64,000 bases of DNA from Thermodesulfobacteriota bacterium (GCA_049320885.1 JBMORA010000063.1:96001-160000); one strand, 5' to 3'; numbered from the stretch's first letter, positions 37,254 through 46,776 are shown. Numbers and translations are program-made. The notes: a model not told the origin generated them from the letters alone.

Positions 37254-38334
37254 ACACTTCTTTTTCAGGCGCCGCCAACCGACGGCCTTTCCACATGCTG
37301 CCGAGAATGATAACCGCCCCGACGCTGAGGGCGACACACATGAACACGAAACTGACCTTGTCCAGAACCACGGTGGTCTCCTTGCTGATGGCCAGAAGTC
37401 CCAGCTCGCGGAGATATTCCGGAATGGCCAATCCCCGGCTGACCGCCACGATCAGCATGATGGTCCCCATGACGATCTTGATCATATACTCCTTGACATA
37501 GGTGGTTCCGATGGCCCCCAGCTGAACGCCGAGCAGAGACCCGGCCAGGATGATCAGGGTCAGACGGATGTCCACCATGCCGTGGATAGCCCAATTGATG
37601 GTGCCGCCAAAGCCCATGACAAAGGCGATGACCAGTTCGGTGGCCGAAGCGATCAGGCTGGAAACCCCCATGACATAGATCATGCCGGGCACGCCCACAA
37701 ACCCGCCCACGGCAATGGTGGCGGCCAGCATTCCGGTGGCAAAGCCCACCGGAACCGTAAACCAGATGGATATTCTGATATTGGCGGTCTTGAAATAAAT
37801 CATCGGCGGCAGATGGACGGCCTGAAGCTTACGGGCCAGGGCCGATATTTTCTCCACCGCCCCGGAACGCATGGAACCAACCGCGTCCTTGAATACATAA
37901 CCGCCCACCGTCACCAGGATCACCACAAAAGACAGGCTCACATACAGGTTGGAACCCGCCTGGCCCCAGGCGTCCAGGATCCACTGCTGGATTTTAATCC
38001 CCACCTGCACGCCCACCCCGGCCGAGGCGGCCATCACCAGACCCAGTTTAATATCCACCTGGCCGTATTTAAAGCGTTTATAGGCCCCCACCAACGCCTT
38101 GGGAAACTTATGGCACATATTGCTCGCCACCGCAACCGTTCCGGGAACCCCCAGGCTCATCATTCCCGGTGTCAGGACAAAGGCGCCGCCGGAACCGATA
38201 AATCCGCTTACCAGCCCGCCGATGAATCCCACCAGGAACAGAAAAAACACGGAAGCGGCGCTCAGATCGATGAATTGCAGTGTTTGTTGGGCAAGGTCAT
38301 GCATTGGCTGTTGCTCCTTTTTTTGATGGTCCAT
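37240..38334 (-). CDS. TauE/SafE-family transporter (second paralog)
   Basis: GLVSGFIGSGGAFVLTPGMMSLGVPGTVAVASNMCHKF, ATIAVGGFVGVPG, ASATEL. Confidence 0.9.
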   Translation of the reverse strand: MDHQKKEQQPMHDLAQQTLQFIDLSAASVFFLFLVGFIGGLVSGFIGSGGAFVLTPGMMSLGVPGTVAVASNMCHKFPKALVGAYKRFKYGQVDIKLGLVMAASAGVGVQVGIKIQQWILDAWGQAGSNLYVSLSFVVILVTVGGYVFKDAVGSMRSGAVEKISALARKLQAVHLPPMIYFKTANIRISIWFTVPVGFATGMLAATIAVGGFVGVPGMIYVMGVSSLIASATELVIAFVMGFGGTINWAIHGMVDIRLTLIILAGSLLGVQLGAIGTTYVKEYMIKIVMGTIMLIVAVSRGLAIPEYLRELGLLAISKETTVVLDKVSFVFMCVALSVGAVIILGSMWKGRRLAAPEKEVYAEA

Positions 38335-38373
38335 TCAAACGATTGGGTTGTATTGTCCATTCATCTTCAACAT

Positions 38374-39144
38374 CTACAAGCGGTGAAACGGATTGACATA
38401 GGCATATGTCCGCGGTTTTTTGGCGACCTTTTGTTTTTTCTGGACCGCCTTCCGCTCCACTTCCCGCAGGGCGTCTTTTTGTACGGCTTCAATGCCCAGC
38501 AGGGACCACAGGTTGCCGGCGAAGGTGCCGTGGGCAAAAGAAAACGCAAATACCGTGACCACCGGCATAGCGGCATACCAGCCACCCCGGGTAAAGAATT
38601 TCATCACCACGTCCGCATTGATGAATACCGCGGCATAGAGCAGCGCGGTCACGACACCGAATCCCGCGGTTTTGATCGCCAATTGCCTTTTCCGTTTTGT
38701 CGTTTTGTCCGCCATGAGATTTCCCCCCTTGTGTTTTTTCTTGGATAAAATGCTGAAAATCGGAAGGGGCAGGTATTCGGCGATTTTCCGGCGGTCCATA
38801 TCCGCGCTTGCCAACACAAACCCAATCCGTTTTTCCGTCACCTTGATGTCCGCCATGATCCACCCGAGATCACCTCTCTTAATCATCGACTCGCAACCGA
38901 TTCCATTGGTTTCCGCTTTGGTTCTCAATGTCTTGACCGTTTCTTCCGCCCGTTTTCTGAACCCTTCCCCCTCCCAGGCCGTATCGGCGCTCAGCACCAG
39001 CAGGTCGTGATTCAGCCGGGCCGCCAGATGAACCGCGTATTCCATGAAATCTTCCGGGAAGTTCCCTTTGTCGTCCAAAATGAGGATCTTTCTTCTTCCG
39101 CGGCTTTCCTGGTTCGAACCGATTCCCATGCCGTCCCCTGCCAT
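38374..39144 (-). CDS. USP-like domain fused in frame to a small 2-TM membrane protein (internal start likely at 38715)
   Basis: N-terminal KILIL..EYAVHLAARL..GDL; C-terminal ALLYAAVF..FTRGGWYAAMP..FSFAHG.FAGNLWSLLGIEA. Internal AAGGGGGG-N7-ATG. Confidence 0.75.
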   Translation of the reverse strand: MAGDGMGIGSNQESRGRRKILILDDKGNFPEDFMEYAVHLAARLNHDLLVLSADTAWEGEGFRKRAEETVKTLRTKAETNGIGCESMIKRGDLGWIMADIKVTEKRIGFVLASADMDRRKIAEYLPLPIFSILSKKKHKGGNLMADKTTKRKRQLAIKTAGFGVVTALLYAAVFINADVVMKFFTRGGWYAAMPVVTVFAFSFAHGTFAGNLWSLLGIEAVQKDALREVERKAVQKKQKVAKKPRTYAYVNPFHRL

Positions 39145-39242
39145 GATTACCCCACCCTCCTCTGCCGGTTTCCCGATATTTTCTTTATCTAATCGATTAT
39201 AAACGATTTTCAATCCCAATCGTTCTTTTCAAACAATACTGT

Positions 39243-39258
39243 TTCAATGATCGTGCCA
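39243..39258 (-). promoter_or_regulatory. Sigma-54 promoter of the USP/tauE operon (-12 variant TTGA)
   Basis: Minus strand TGGCACGATCATTGAA: perfect -24 element, GG-N10-GA spacing. Confidence 0.7.
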
Positions 39259-39336
39259 ATCATTCACCTGTCCCGGCCCGGCCCGCGAATCCAGGGATCC
39301 GCACATGGCGTGAAGTTCCCTGACCTCCATTTGCTA

Positions 39337-39441
39337 TTGCATATTGCAATATGGTCCTTTTTATGATTGTGTTATCTGACTAATATTAATGAATATCATA
39401 CCTGTTGTAACAGTCGGGACCGGCTGTTGCGATTTGTAACA
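39337..39441. promoter_or_regulatory. Candidate enhancer (bEBP) binding palindromes
   Basis: TTGCA-TAT-TGCAA at 39337-39349 and TGTTGC-GATTT-GTAACA near 39425-39441, about 80-180 bp upstream of the sigma-54 promoter. Confidence 0.5.
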
Positions 39442-39459
39442 TCCAGGAAGGATCGAACC

Positions 39460-41496
39460 ATGTCGCTGTTTAAAAAGCCATCAAAAACAGGCGAGACGGC
39501 GCAGCAGGGCGCCGGGGATTTATTGGAGCTGCGCACCCGGGCCAAAAAAGCCGAACTGCCGGAACCGGTATCCACCGTGGTGGGGGCCCAGCTGGATCGC
39601 CTGGAAAGCATGGACAGCTCCAGTCCGGAGTACGGCATCGGCATGGATTATGTCGCTTTTGTGCTGGCCCTGCCCTGGAACCATTTCACCGAGGACAATC
39701 TGGATCTGAAACGAGCGGAAACCATACTGGAAAAGCAGCACTTCGGGTTGCGGCACGTGAAGGAACGGATTCTGGATTTTCTGGCGGTGCGGGCCCTGTC
39801 TTCTCTTCAGGCGTTTCGAATTCTGGTGGTGGATGACGAGCCCATCGCCCGCGCCAACCTGGAGCATATTCTGCTGAAGGAGGGATACCTCGTATCCACC
39901 GCCTCCAACGGCCTGGAAGCACTGGGTCTCATGGAGCGACAGGAATTCGAGCTGGTTCTCACGGATCTGAAAATGGAAAAAATGGACGGCCTCCAGCTGC
40001 TGGCAGCCGCACGGAAAACCGCGCCGCATACCGAATTCATCATGATCACGGGGTATGCCACGGTCAACAGCGCCGTGGACGCTCTCCGGAAAGGGGCCAG
40101 TAACTATCTGGCCAAACCCGTGGATCTGAACGAATTGCGCGCCATGGTCCGCCAACTGCACAACCGAAAAAAGCATCTGCGTCTGACGCGCAGCCCCATC
40201 CTGCTGTTTTCAGGTCCTCCGGGAACCGGCAAGACCTCCCTGGGACGGGCCATCGCCGAGGCCCTGCAGCGGAAATTCGTGTGCATTTCCCTGGCCGGAC
40301 TCCGGGACGAGGCGGAACTGCACGGCCACCGCCGCACCTATGTCGGCGCCATGCCCGGCAGGCTGATCAACGAGATCAAACGTCTGGGGGTTAAGAATCC
40401 GGTTTTCATGCTGGACGAGATCGATAAGATCGGCCAGGATTTTCGCGGCGATCCGGCGGCGGTGCTGCTGGAAATCCTGGATCCGGAACAGAACAGCCGC
40501 TTCACCGACCATTATGTGGATTTGCCCTTTGACTTGTCCGGGGTCATGTTCATCGCCACCGCCAACATGGTGGACAAGCTGCCCGGCCCCCTGCGGGACC
40601 GCATGGAGAATATCCCCTTTTCCGGGTATACGGAAAAAGAAAAACAGGAAATCGCCGCGCATTATCTCATTCCGCGCCAGTTACGGGAACACTCCCTGAT
40701 ATCCCGCAACGTGGGGTTCAGTCCGGAATCGATTCTGCGGGTGATTCGCAATTATACCCTCGAGGCCGGCCTGAGAAACCTGGAACGGGAAATCGCCGCC
40801 ATCTGCCGGAAGCTCGCCCGCCTCTGCCTGCAGAATCAGGATGAAACCTCCAGCAAACCGCTGCTGGTCGATGAAAGCCTGACGGAACAACTCCTGGGGC
40901 CCCCCAAATACACCCACCAGGCAGCCGCCGCCGGACACCGGATCGGTGTGGCCACCGGACTGGTCTGGACCGAATTCGGCGGGGAAATCATCTTCGTGGA
41001 AGCGGCTTGCATGCGCGGCAGCAAGCAATTGATCCTCACCGGCTCTCTAGGCGATGTCCTGCGCGAATCCGCCCAGACCGCCATGAGCTATATCCGCAGC
41101 AACGCCCCGGGTCTGGGGATTGACCCGGATTTTTTCGACAACAGCGATATCCACATCCACATTCCCGCGGGTGCGGTATCCAAGGACGGTCCGTCCGCGG
41201 GAGTCACCATCCTGGTGGCGTTGATTTCCCTGATCACCCGGAAACCCGCCCGCCGGGACGTGGCCCTCACCGGCGAAATCACCCTCAGCGGCCGAATCCT
41301 TTCGGTCAGCGGTATCCGGGAAAAACTGCTGGCGGCCCAGCGGGCCGGAATCCGGACCGTTATCCTGCCCAAAGGGAATGAACTGGACATCGGCAACCTG
41401 GACCCCGACCTGATCAGCGGAATGAAAATCATTACGGCTGGAGAAGTCAATTCCCTGCCGGAACTTGTGCTGCTGGATACCGAAACCGCCGACTGA
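39460..41496 (+). CDS. lon: Lon-family ATP-dependent protease lacking the N-terminal domain, with a receiver domain inserted in the AAA+ module
   Basis: LPW..DLKRAETILEKQHFGLRHVKERILDFLAV, then REC, then PILLFSGPPGTGKTS, GHRRTYVGAMPG, MLDEIDK, KDGPSAG (Ser) and GIREK (Lys). Confidence 0.9.
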   Translation: MSLFKKPSKTGETAQQGAGDLLELRTRAKKAELPEPVSTVVGAQLDRLESMDSSSPEYGIGMDYVAFVLALPWNHFTEDNLDLKRAETILEKQHFGLRHVKERILDFLAVRALSSLQAFRILVVDDEPIARANLEHILLKEGYLVSTASNGLEALGLMERQEFELVLTDLKMEKMDGLQLLAAARKTAPHTEFIMITGYATVNSAVDALRKGASNYLAKPVDLNELRAMVRQLHNRKKHLRLTRSPILLFSGPPGTGKTSLGRAIAEALQRKFVCISLAGLRDEAELHGHRRTYVGAMPGRLINEIKRLGVKNPVFMLDEIDKIGQDFRGDPAAVLLEILDPEQNSRFTDHYVDLPFDLSGVMFIATANMVDKLPGPLRDRMENIPFSGYTEKEKQEIAAHYLIPRQLREHSLISRNVGFSPESILRVIRNYTLEAGLRNLEREIAAICRKLARLCLQNQDETSSKPLLVDESLTEQLLGPPKYTHQAAAAGHRIGVATGLVWTEFGGEIIFVEAACMRGSKQLILTGSLGDVLRESAQTAMSYIRSNAPGLGIDPDFFDNSDIHIHIPAGAVSKDGPSAGVTILVALISLITRKPARRDVALTGEITLSGRILSVSGIREKLLAAQRAGIRTVILPKGNELDIGNLDPDLISGMKIITAGEVNSLPELVLLDTETAD

Positions 41497-41513
41497 CAAG
41501 GACCCGAAGGTCT

Positions 41514-42317
41514 TTAGTCGGACCAATCCACCTTGCGGACGAACTGGATCTCCACCGCCTGGACCCCCGGAACCCGGCGGGCGATTTCCTCCATTTCCGC
41601 AAACATCTCCGGATGGTCGGAACTTTTGGTCGCGATGCGCACCTTCCCGCCTTCGGCGGTGACCCGGATACCCGGATTCAGGTCGATGAGCGCCGCCTTG
41701 ACTTCCGCGGCCATGGCCAGGCTCTCCAAGGCCTTCTGGGATTCATAGGTGGTCTTGAAAAGGTCCATGCCGGCGGCATGACAGATCACTTCCGCAGCTT
41801 CAGCGACCTTGATCTTGCGGATATGAATCACGAGGTCGTAGAGACTCGAATCCCAGGTATCGATGCCGTAAAGGGTTCTGCTCCACTGCTGCCTTTCCAG
41901 GTCGTCTTTTTTCAGCATTTTGATGGCCGTTTCCACGGGTATGCCGTCCCGCTCCGCCTCCAGCCTGGCGCGCTCATTGATCTCCGCGATGATCCGGACT
42001 TTCAGGGCATGGGCAACTCCCTGCAGGAAGAAATGCCCCGCCAGACCGTGATACACCACGTTGTCGCGCTTGAGGTATTTCAGGAACGCGGCTTCAAAAT
42101 AGGCGATATACCGCTCCCGGCCGTAGGTGAAGCGGTCCAGTATGGAAGGGGCGTCATGAATCGCCCGCTCCATCCGGATCTCCGGGATGTTGAATTCCCG
42201 GGAGGCCTCCAGCAGCATTTCCCGGCCGACGCATTGGAAACCCAGTTTTTTCGCCACCAGCTCCGCCACGTCTCGGCCATGACTGAAAGAACCTCTCGAA
42301 ATCGTTATAATGGCCAT
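41514..42317 (-). CDS. Cytidylate-kinase-like family protein with a C-terminal BON-like domain
   Basis: MAIITISRGSFSHG..VA..LG, VVYHGLAGHF, YDLVI, AEVKAAL..VPGV..V. Confidence 0.85.
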   Translation of the reverse strand: MAIITISRGSFSHGRDVAELVAKKLGFQCVGREMLLEASREFNIPEIRMERAIHDAPSILDRFTYGRERYIAYFEAAFLKYLKRDNVVYHGLAGHFFLQGVAHALKVRIIAEINERARLEAERDGIPVETAIKMLKKDDLERQQWSRTLYGIDTWDSSLYDLVIHIRKIKVAEAAEVICHAAGMDLFKTTYESQKALESLAMAAEVKAALIDLNPGIRVTAEGGKVRIATKSSDHPEMFAEMEEIARRVPGVQAVEIQFVRKVDWSD

Positions 42318-42610
42318 AGGCTCCTCCTTTTTCTTGAACGAACCTTTTTATCATATTCCTCTGCCGGTGCATTGAAAAGGAAAAATATCAATCCATTTTT
42401 TTCGCTGTCGATATCACACCCGCGGAATACCGATTTCAACCCGCACACGGTCGACCATGGCATTCTTTCCGGCCCCGCCTGAAAAATGGGTAACGTTTTC
42501 CTTTCCGGGATCGCATGATTTTCGTGCTGGCGGAACTGAACAGGATGACTTATAAAGAGTTTAGCATGTATAATCGTACCTCTTTTGACGTCATGAAAGG
42601 AATGGTCGCC

Positions 42611-43534
42611 ATGGATTCTTCACCCGGCCGTGACGGAGGGAAACCGCGAATCCCTGTTTTGGCTGTTTTGTTGTCCCTGGGCGCCACCGGTCTGGGGCAG
42701 ATCTACTGCGGAAAACTGACCAAAGGTCTGGTTCTCTTCTTTCTCAGTTTTGCCTTTGCCCCCATTATTGTCAATACGGCCGCGGCTAGTTCCTCCGAAT
42801 GGGCTCCGGTGGCGGTTATTCTTTCCCTGGCACTACTGTTTTCGGTCTTTTTGTATGCCATGGCGGACGCCTACCTGCTTGCGAAACGGGAACGCCGGGG
42901 CTACCAGCTGAAAGAATACAATCGCTGGTACCTCTATCTCCTGTTCGTCCTGGTTTCCACCACCTATCCGGCCAACCTGGCCCATACCATCCGGGAGCAA
43001 ATCCTCCAGGCCTATAAAATCCCTTCCGCCAGCATGGTTCCCAATATTCTGCCCGGCGACTATGTTCTGTTGAACAAAACGGTTTATCGGAAACGGTCGC
43101 CGCAAATCGGCGAAATCGTCGTTTTCATCCCCCCCAGCCAACGGCATTCGCGCCATATCAAACGCATCGCGGCCTTGCCCGGGGACACGGTGGAGATCAA
43201 GGAAAACAAGCTCCGGGTCAATGACCGTCCCGTGATTTTCCAACCCGCCGGGGGTATCGAGGGCCTGGATATCCGGAATACTTTTCCCGGCAAATTCATC
43301 GGGGAGGTGAACGGTGAGGCCAGCTATTCCATCCGGCTCGCCAAGGAACCGCTGGCGGATTTTCCCAAAACCACCGTCCCCGACGGTCATTGCTTTCTTC
43401 TGGGCGACAACCGCCCGGACAGCCGGGACAGCCGCCATTTCGGTCCGGTGCCGCTGGCGGATGTCAAAGGACGGGTGGACTTTATTTATTATCCGGCTGT
43501 CTCCTGGAAACGCTTCGGGTGGTATCGGGATTAA
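42611..43534 (+). CDS. lepB: Signal peptidase I (S26) with an extended multi-TM N-terminus
   Basis: IPSASMVPNILPGD (Ser), IKRI..LPGD (Lys), GDNRPDSRDSR..G. Confidence 0.88.
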   Translation: MDSSPGRDGGKPRIPVLAVLLSLGATGLGQIYCGKLTKGLVLFFLSFAFAPIIVNTAAASSSEWAPVAVILSLALLFSVFLYAMADAYLLAKRERRGYQLKEYNRWYLYLLFVLVSTTYPANLAHTIREQILQAYKIPSASMVPNILPGDYVLLNKTVYRKRSPQIGEIVVFIPPSQRHSRHIKRIAALPGDTVEIKENKLRVNDRPVIFQPAGGIEGLDIRNTFPGKFIGEVNGEASYSIRLAKEPLADFPKTTVPDGHCFLLGDNRPDSRDSRHFGPVPLADVKGRVDFIYYPAVSWKRFGWYRD

Positions 43535-43545
43535 TGCGGATGAAA

Positions 43546-44454
43546 TCACTTATCCTGGGCGTCCATGGTTAACCGGTTGCGGCCGCCTTTTTTGCTCTGG
43601 TAGAGCAACGTATCCGCGCGTTTCAGGAGGGCAAGGGGATCGTCCGGCGATCCGGCCAGGGTGGCGCCCAGGGAAACCGTCACATGCAGCAGCTTCCCGT
43701 CGACTTTGATGCGTGTCTTTTCAACAAGCGCCCGGGTGCGCTCGCCGATATGCCGCAAAGCCGGCGCATCCACATTGCGGAAAACACCGATAAACTCTTC
43801 TCCGCCCCATCTGCCGAACAGGTCGAAGGGCCTGGTATTGACCGCCAGGGTTTTGGACACGGTTTTCAACACCAGATCACCCGCATCATGACCATGGGTA
43901 TCGTTGACCTGCTTGAAATGATCGATATCCAGCAGAATGACGCCGAAAGCCAGGCCATCCCGTTCCTTTTCGGCGAACCGGCGTTGCAATTCCAGTTCGG
44001 CATAACGCCTGTTGGCCAGCTGGGTGAGGGTGTCCAGAAACGCCAGCCGTTCCAACTCCTCGATTTTCGACCGCATGACATCCTGGGGACTGGTGTCGCT
44101 GAAAAATTCCGCGCTGCCGATGATGTCGCCCTGCCGGTTCCGCAGGGGTGTCACCCGAACCCAGACCGGCACCCGGTGTCCGTCCTTGTGATGCAGGAAC
44201 AGCTCAGCGGCCCGGTTCGCGCCGTCTTCGATGGTCCTGGCCAGCGGGCAATTCCCCAGGCACAGGGTCTCTCCCTGATCGTTCACATGCATCAGGATAT
44301 CATCCCAGCAATGCATGCCGAGCACTTCCCGGGAGGCAAATCCGGTGATCCGCTCCGCCGCCTTGTTCCAGTAAATGATCCTGCGGTCGGGATCCACGAA
44401 ATACAACCCGTCCTGAATATTCTCCATCAGATTGTTGAAATCGAAATCCATCAT
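43546..44454 (-). CDS. PAS-GGDEF diguanylate cyclase
   Basis: PAS/PAC, DTLTQLANRR, DIDHFKQVNDTHGH, RPFD I-site, RWGGEEF. Confidence 0.93.
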   Translation of the reverse strand: MMDFDFNNLMENIQDGLYFVDPDRRIIYWNKAAERITGFASREVLGMHCWDDILMHVNDQGETLCLGNCPLARTIEDGANRAAELFLHHKDGHRVPVWVRVTPLRNRQGDIIGSAEFFSDTSPQDVMRSKIEELERLAFLDTLTQLANRRYAELELQRRFAEKERDGLAFGVILLDIDHFKQVNDTHGHDAGDLVLKTVSKTLAVNTRPFDLFGRWGGEEFIGVFRNVDAPALRHIGERTRALVEKTRIKVDGKLLHVTVSLGATLAGSPDDPLALLKRADTLLYQSKKGGRNRLTMDAQDK

Positions 44455-44536
44455 GCCGGCCGCCTGCTCATTTCATGGTAGAGGGACGGCCGGACGGCCG
44501 TCCCTTTGCTGCGAACAGTGGGAATCACCTCCCGGA

Positions 44537-46087
44537 TCAATTCGCCAATCGTTTGTTGCCTTCCCACATTTTCGCCGTCTTGGGAGACAGCGTCAGATAT
44601 TGGAACCATGGATGACTCTTCAAATGTTCCGGATCCATTTGCAGTTCCCGGCTGTGGCGCAGAATGGGGGCCACGATTTTGCGGATATCGCCGTCCAGGT
44701 CCTTGGCGATGGTGAAGGCAGCGGCCCGGACAGCCGCATCCACCGCTTTTTGACTGAACTGCTGGGATTGGGCCAATGTATGCATGGCCTTGGTCGGGTT
44801 GTGGAAACCCACGCTGTTTTCCGCGGATACATAATCCCAGAAAAATTGTCCTTTGCGGCACCACTGCCGGGCCTCAATCAGCTTCTCCTCGTAATCGGCC
44901 GGTTTTTCCCCCTGGTATTCCGACGCCAGCCGGATGGCCTCATGGGCCTTGACGGAGATGTCCTGGGCCGTCATCAGCTGTTCCCAGACCTTATGCTGGG
45001 TAAACAGCACCCGTTCCCGCAGGAAAGCGGGGGTTTTATCCGTATGGCACTGGCGGCAGGCCTTGAGATCCGGATCCTTGAGCGGCGAAGTCCAGTGATG
45101 GGAGGAGATTTTTTTCTTTCCATCCAGGCGGACATAACTCATGTGGCAATCGGCGCAGACGACTCCGGCGGCCCCGTGGACCCCGTTGGACCACATTTCG
45201 TATTCCGGGTGCTGGGCCTTGAGCATGGGCGTCTTGGAAACCGGATGGGTCCAATCCACGAAATTGCCTTCAAAACCCTTGAGGGCGCATTCGCCGTGCG
45301 TTTTGTAATACGTATAGATTTGTTCCGGGTCGAACCCTTCGGTCCAGGGGAAAACCGGTTTTTTGGCCGGACCGAAACTCTTGTCCTGAAAATAATATTC
45401 CACATGGCACTGCCCGCAGACCAATGCGCGCTGTTCGTTGCGCGGCAGGCTCTTGAACTCCTTGCCCTGGCCAGCCAGATAGTCCTTCAACGGAACGCTG
45501 TACAGCCGCAGTTCCATATTCCGGGGATCATGGCAGTTGGCGCAGCCGATGGTGTCCTCCTCCAGGTCGACTTTTTCCCGGAATTCGTTGAAATCCTTTG
45601 CCCAGTAATCGTCCCCGTTCTCCTTGAGAAAAGTGTTCATCTTGGCGGTTTTGCAGTTCATGCAGGTGGCGGGAAGCCCGGCCTTCACGTCATAGCGGTT
45701 CAGGCGGTCGATGTTCAGGATATCCTTCATGGCGTAGGTATGGCCCCGGGCGGCCCGGTATTCGTAGCTGAAGGGGTAGCCCAGCCAGAGATTTTTCAAA
45801 TAGGGCTGGGCGTGTTTATACCCCTCGGGCAGGGGATTGACATTGTCATGTTTGTTATAGGCCACGGAGCCGCCGTACTCGGTCATGATCTCCGATTCAT
45901 TGTTCCGGAGGTAGGTTTCATAGTGCAGGGGGAATTCCGGTTTGAAGGCGGAGTTGCGGATTTCCTCCTCGGACAGCTCGGTCTGATATACGGGCGTCGC
46001 CGGTTCCTGGACATCCGCGCATCCGTTGACGAAAGGCAAAGCGGTAAGGATCAGAACGAGAATCATGGGGATAGCGGTGTTACGCAT
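44537..46087 (-). CDS. nrfA: Ammonia-forming cytochrome c nitrite reductase, catalytic subunit c552
   Basis: Lipobox VNGC; hemes CMNCK (Lys-ligated active site), CANCH, CGQCHVEYYF, CADCH, CRQCH; KAQHPEYE, AENSVGFHNP. Confidence 0.95.
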   Translation of the reverse strand: MRNTAIPMILVLILTALPFVNGCADVQEPATPVYQTELSEEEIRNSAFKPEFPLHYETYLRNNESEIMTEYGGSVAYNKHDNVNPLPEGYKHAQPYLKNLWLGYPFSYEYRAARGHTYAMKDILNIDRLNRYDVKAGLPATCMNCKTAKMNTFLKENGDDYWAKDFNEFREKVDLEEDTIGCANCHDPRNMELRLYSVPLKDYLAGQGKEFKSLPRNEQRALVCGQCHVEYYFQDKSFGPAKKPVFPWTEGFDPEQIYTYYKTHGECALKGFEGNFVDWTHPVSKTPMLKAQHPEYEMWSNGVHGAAGVVCADCHMSYVRLDGKKKISSHHWTSPLKDPDLKACRQCHTDKTPAFLRERVLFTQHKVWEQLMTAQDISVKAHEAIRLASEYQGEKPADYEEKLIEARQWCRKGQFFWDYVSAENSVGFHNPTKAMHTLAQSQQFSQKAVDAAVRAAAFTIAKDLDGDIRKIVAPILRHSRELQMDPEHLKSHPWFQYLTLSPKTAKMWEGNKRLAN

Positions 46088-46553
46088 CGGCGGCGCTCCT
46101 TTTGGCTACGGGGATTCTGAGGGTATGGGGTACATGGCGGTGACAATCCGTGCAATAAGGCTTGGCGGTCATGTTCACCCCTTCAAAAACGGCTCCGTGA
46201 CATCGCCGGCAGTTTTCCCGGACAACCGCTCGGGTCTCAACGCCGGCATGAATCAGATCGGGAATGCTGCTGGTCGCCGTCGCTGCGATATCACGCAGGC
46301 CTTCCTTGGTCTTGAAGGGAATCTTGGCGGCCAGGTTATGGGGCGCATGACATTCGTTGCAGGACAACTTGGCATGCAATGACTTGGAGTGGGTCAGCAT
46401 TGCTTCGGACATGGAATGGCAGCCACCGCAGAAACCGGGCTGATCCGTGGTCGTCATCGCCAGGGAGGAACCGATGGTGATTCCGGCGCCGGCAATCAAC
46501 GCCAGGAAGATGACGCCCCATATTGCGGCGCCTCCTGTTGGTTTCAAGCTCAT
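46080..46553 (-). CDS. nrfH: Tetraheme quinol dehydrogenase NrfH (NapC/NirT family)
   Basis: One TM; CGGCHSM, CNECH, CRRCH, CTDCH; overlaps the nrfA start. Confidence 0.93.
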   Translation of the reverse strand: MSLKPTGGAAIWGVIFLALIAGAGITIGSSLAMTTTDQPGFCGGCHSMSEAMLTHSKSLHAKLSCNECHAPHNLAAKIPFKTKEGLRDIAATATSSIPDLIHAGVETRAVVRENCRRCHGAVFEGVNMTAKPYCTDCHRHVPHTLRIPVAKRSAADA

Positions 46554-46747
46554 ATTCCCTCCATGCATGGATGTAACGCCGGTCTTCCGGCAGTTAGGGC
46601 ACTCCCGTCATCAGGATAAACACGGATTTCCGCCGATCGGACTCCGCCCGATGGTCGCTGCGCAATTTGGTTTCGGGATGGAAAAGACGGTGGCTCTTCC
46701 GTACGCCGCCACTGCGGGAGAAGCAGAAAAGCCCGGCTTGAAATGGT

Positions 46748-46776
46748 TTTTTAACAGGTTGAAAATCTAGTGTCAA
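46748..46776 (-). promoter_or_regulatory. Sigma-70-type promoter for nrfHA
   Basis: TTGACA-N17-TAAAAA with an extended TG; implies a ~190-nt leader. Confidence 0.5.

Noticed and set aside
46554..46740. Riboswitch in the nrfH leader
   Set aside because: Only short hairpins; no consensus of a known riboswitch class recognised by eye.
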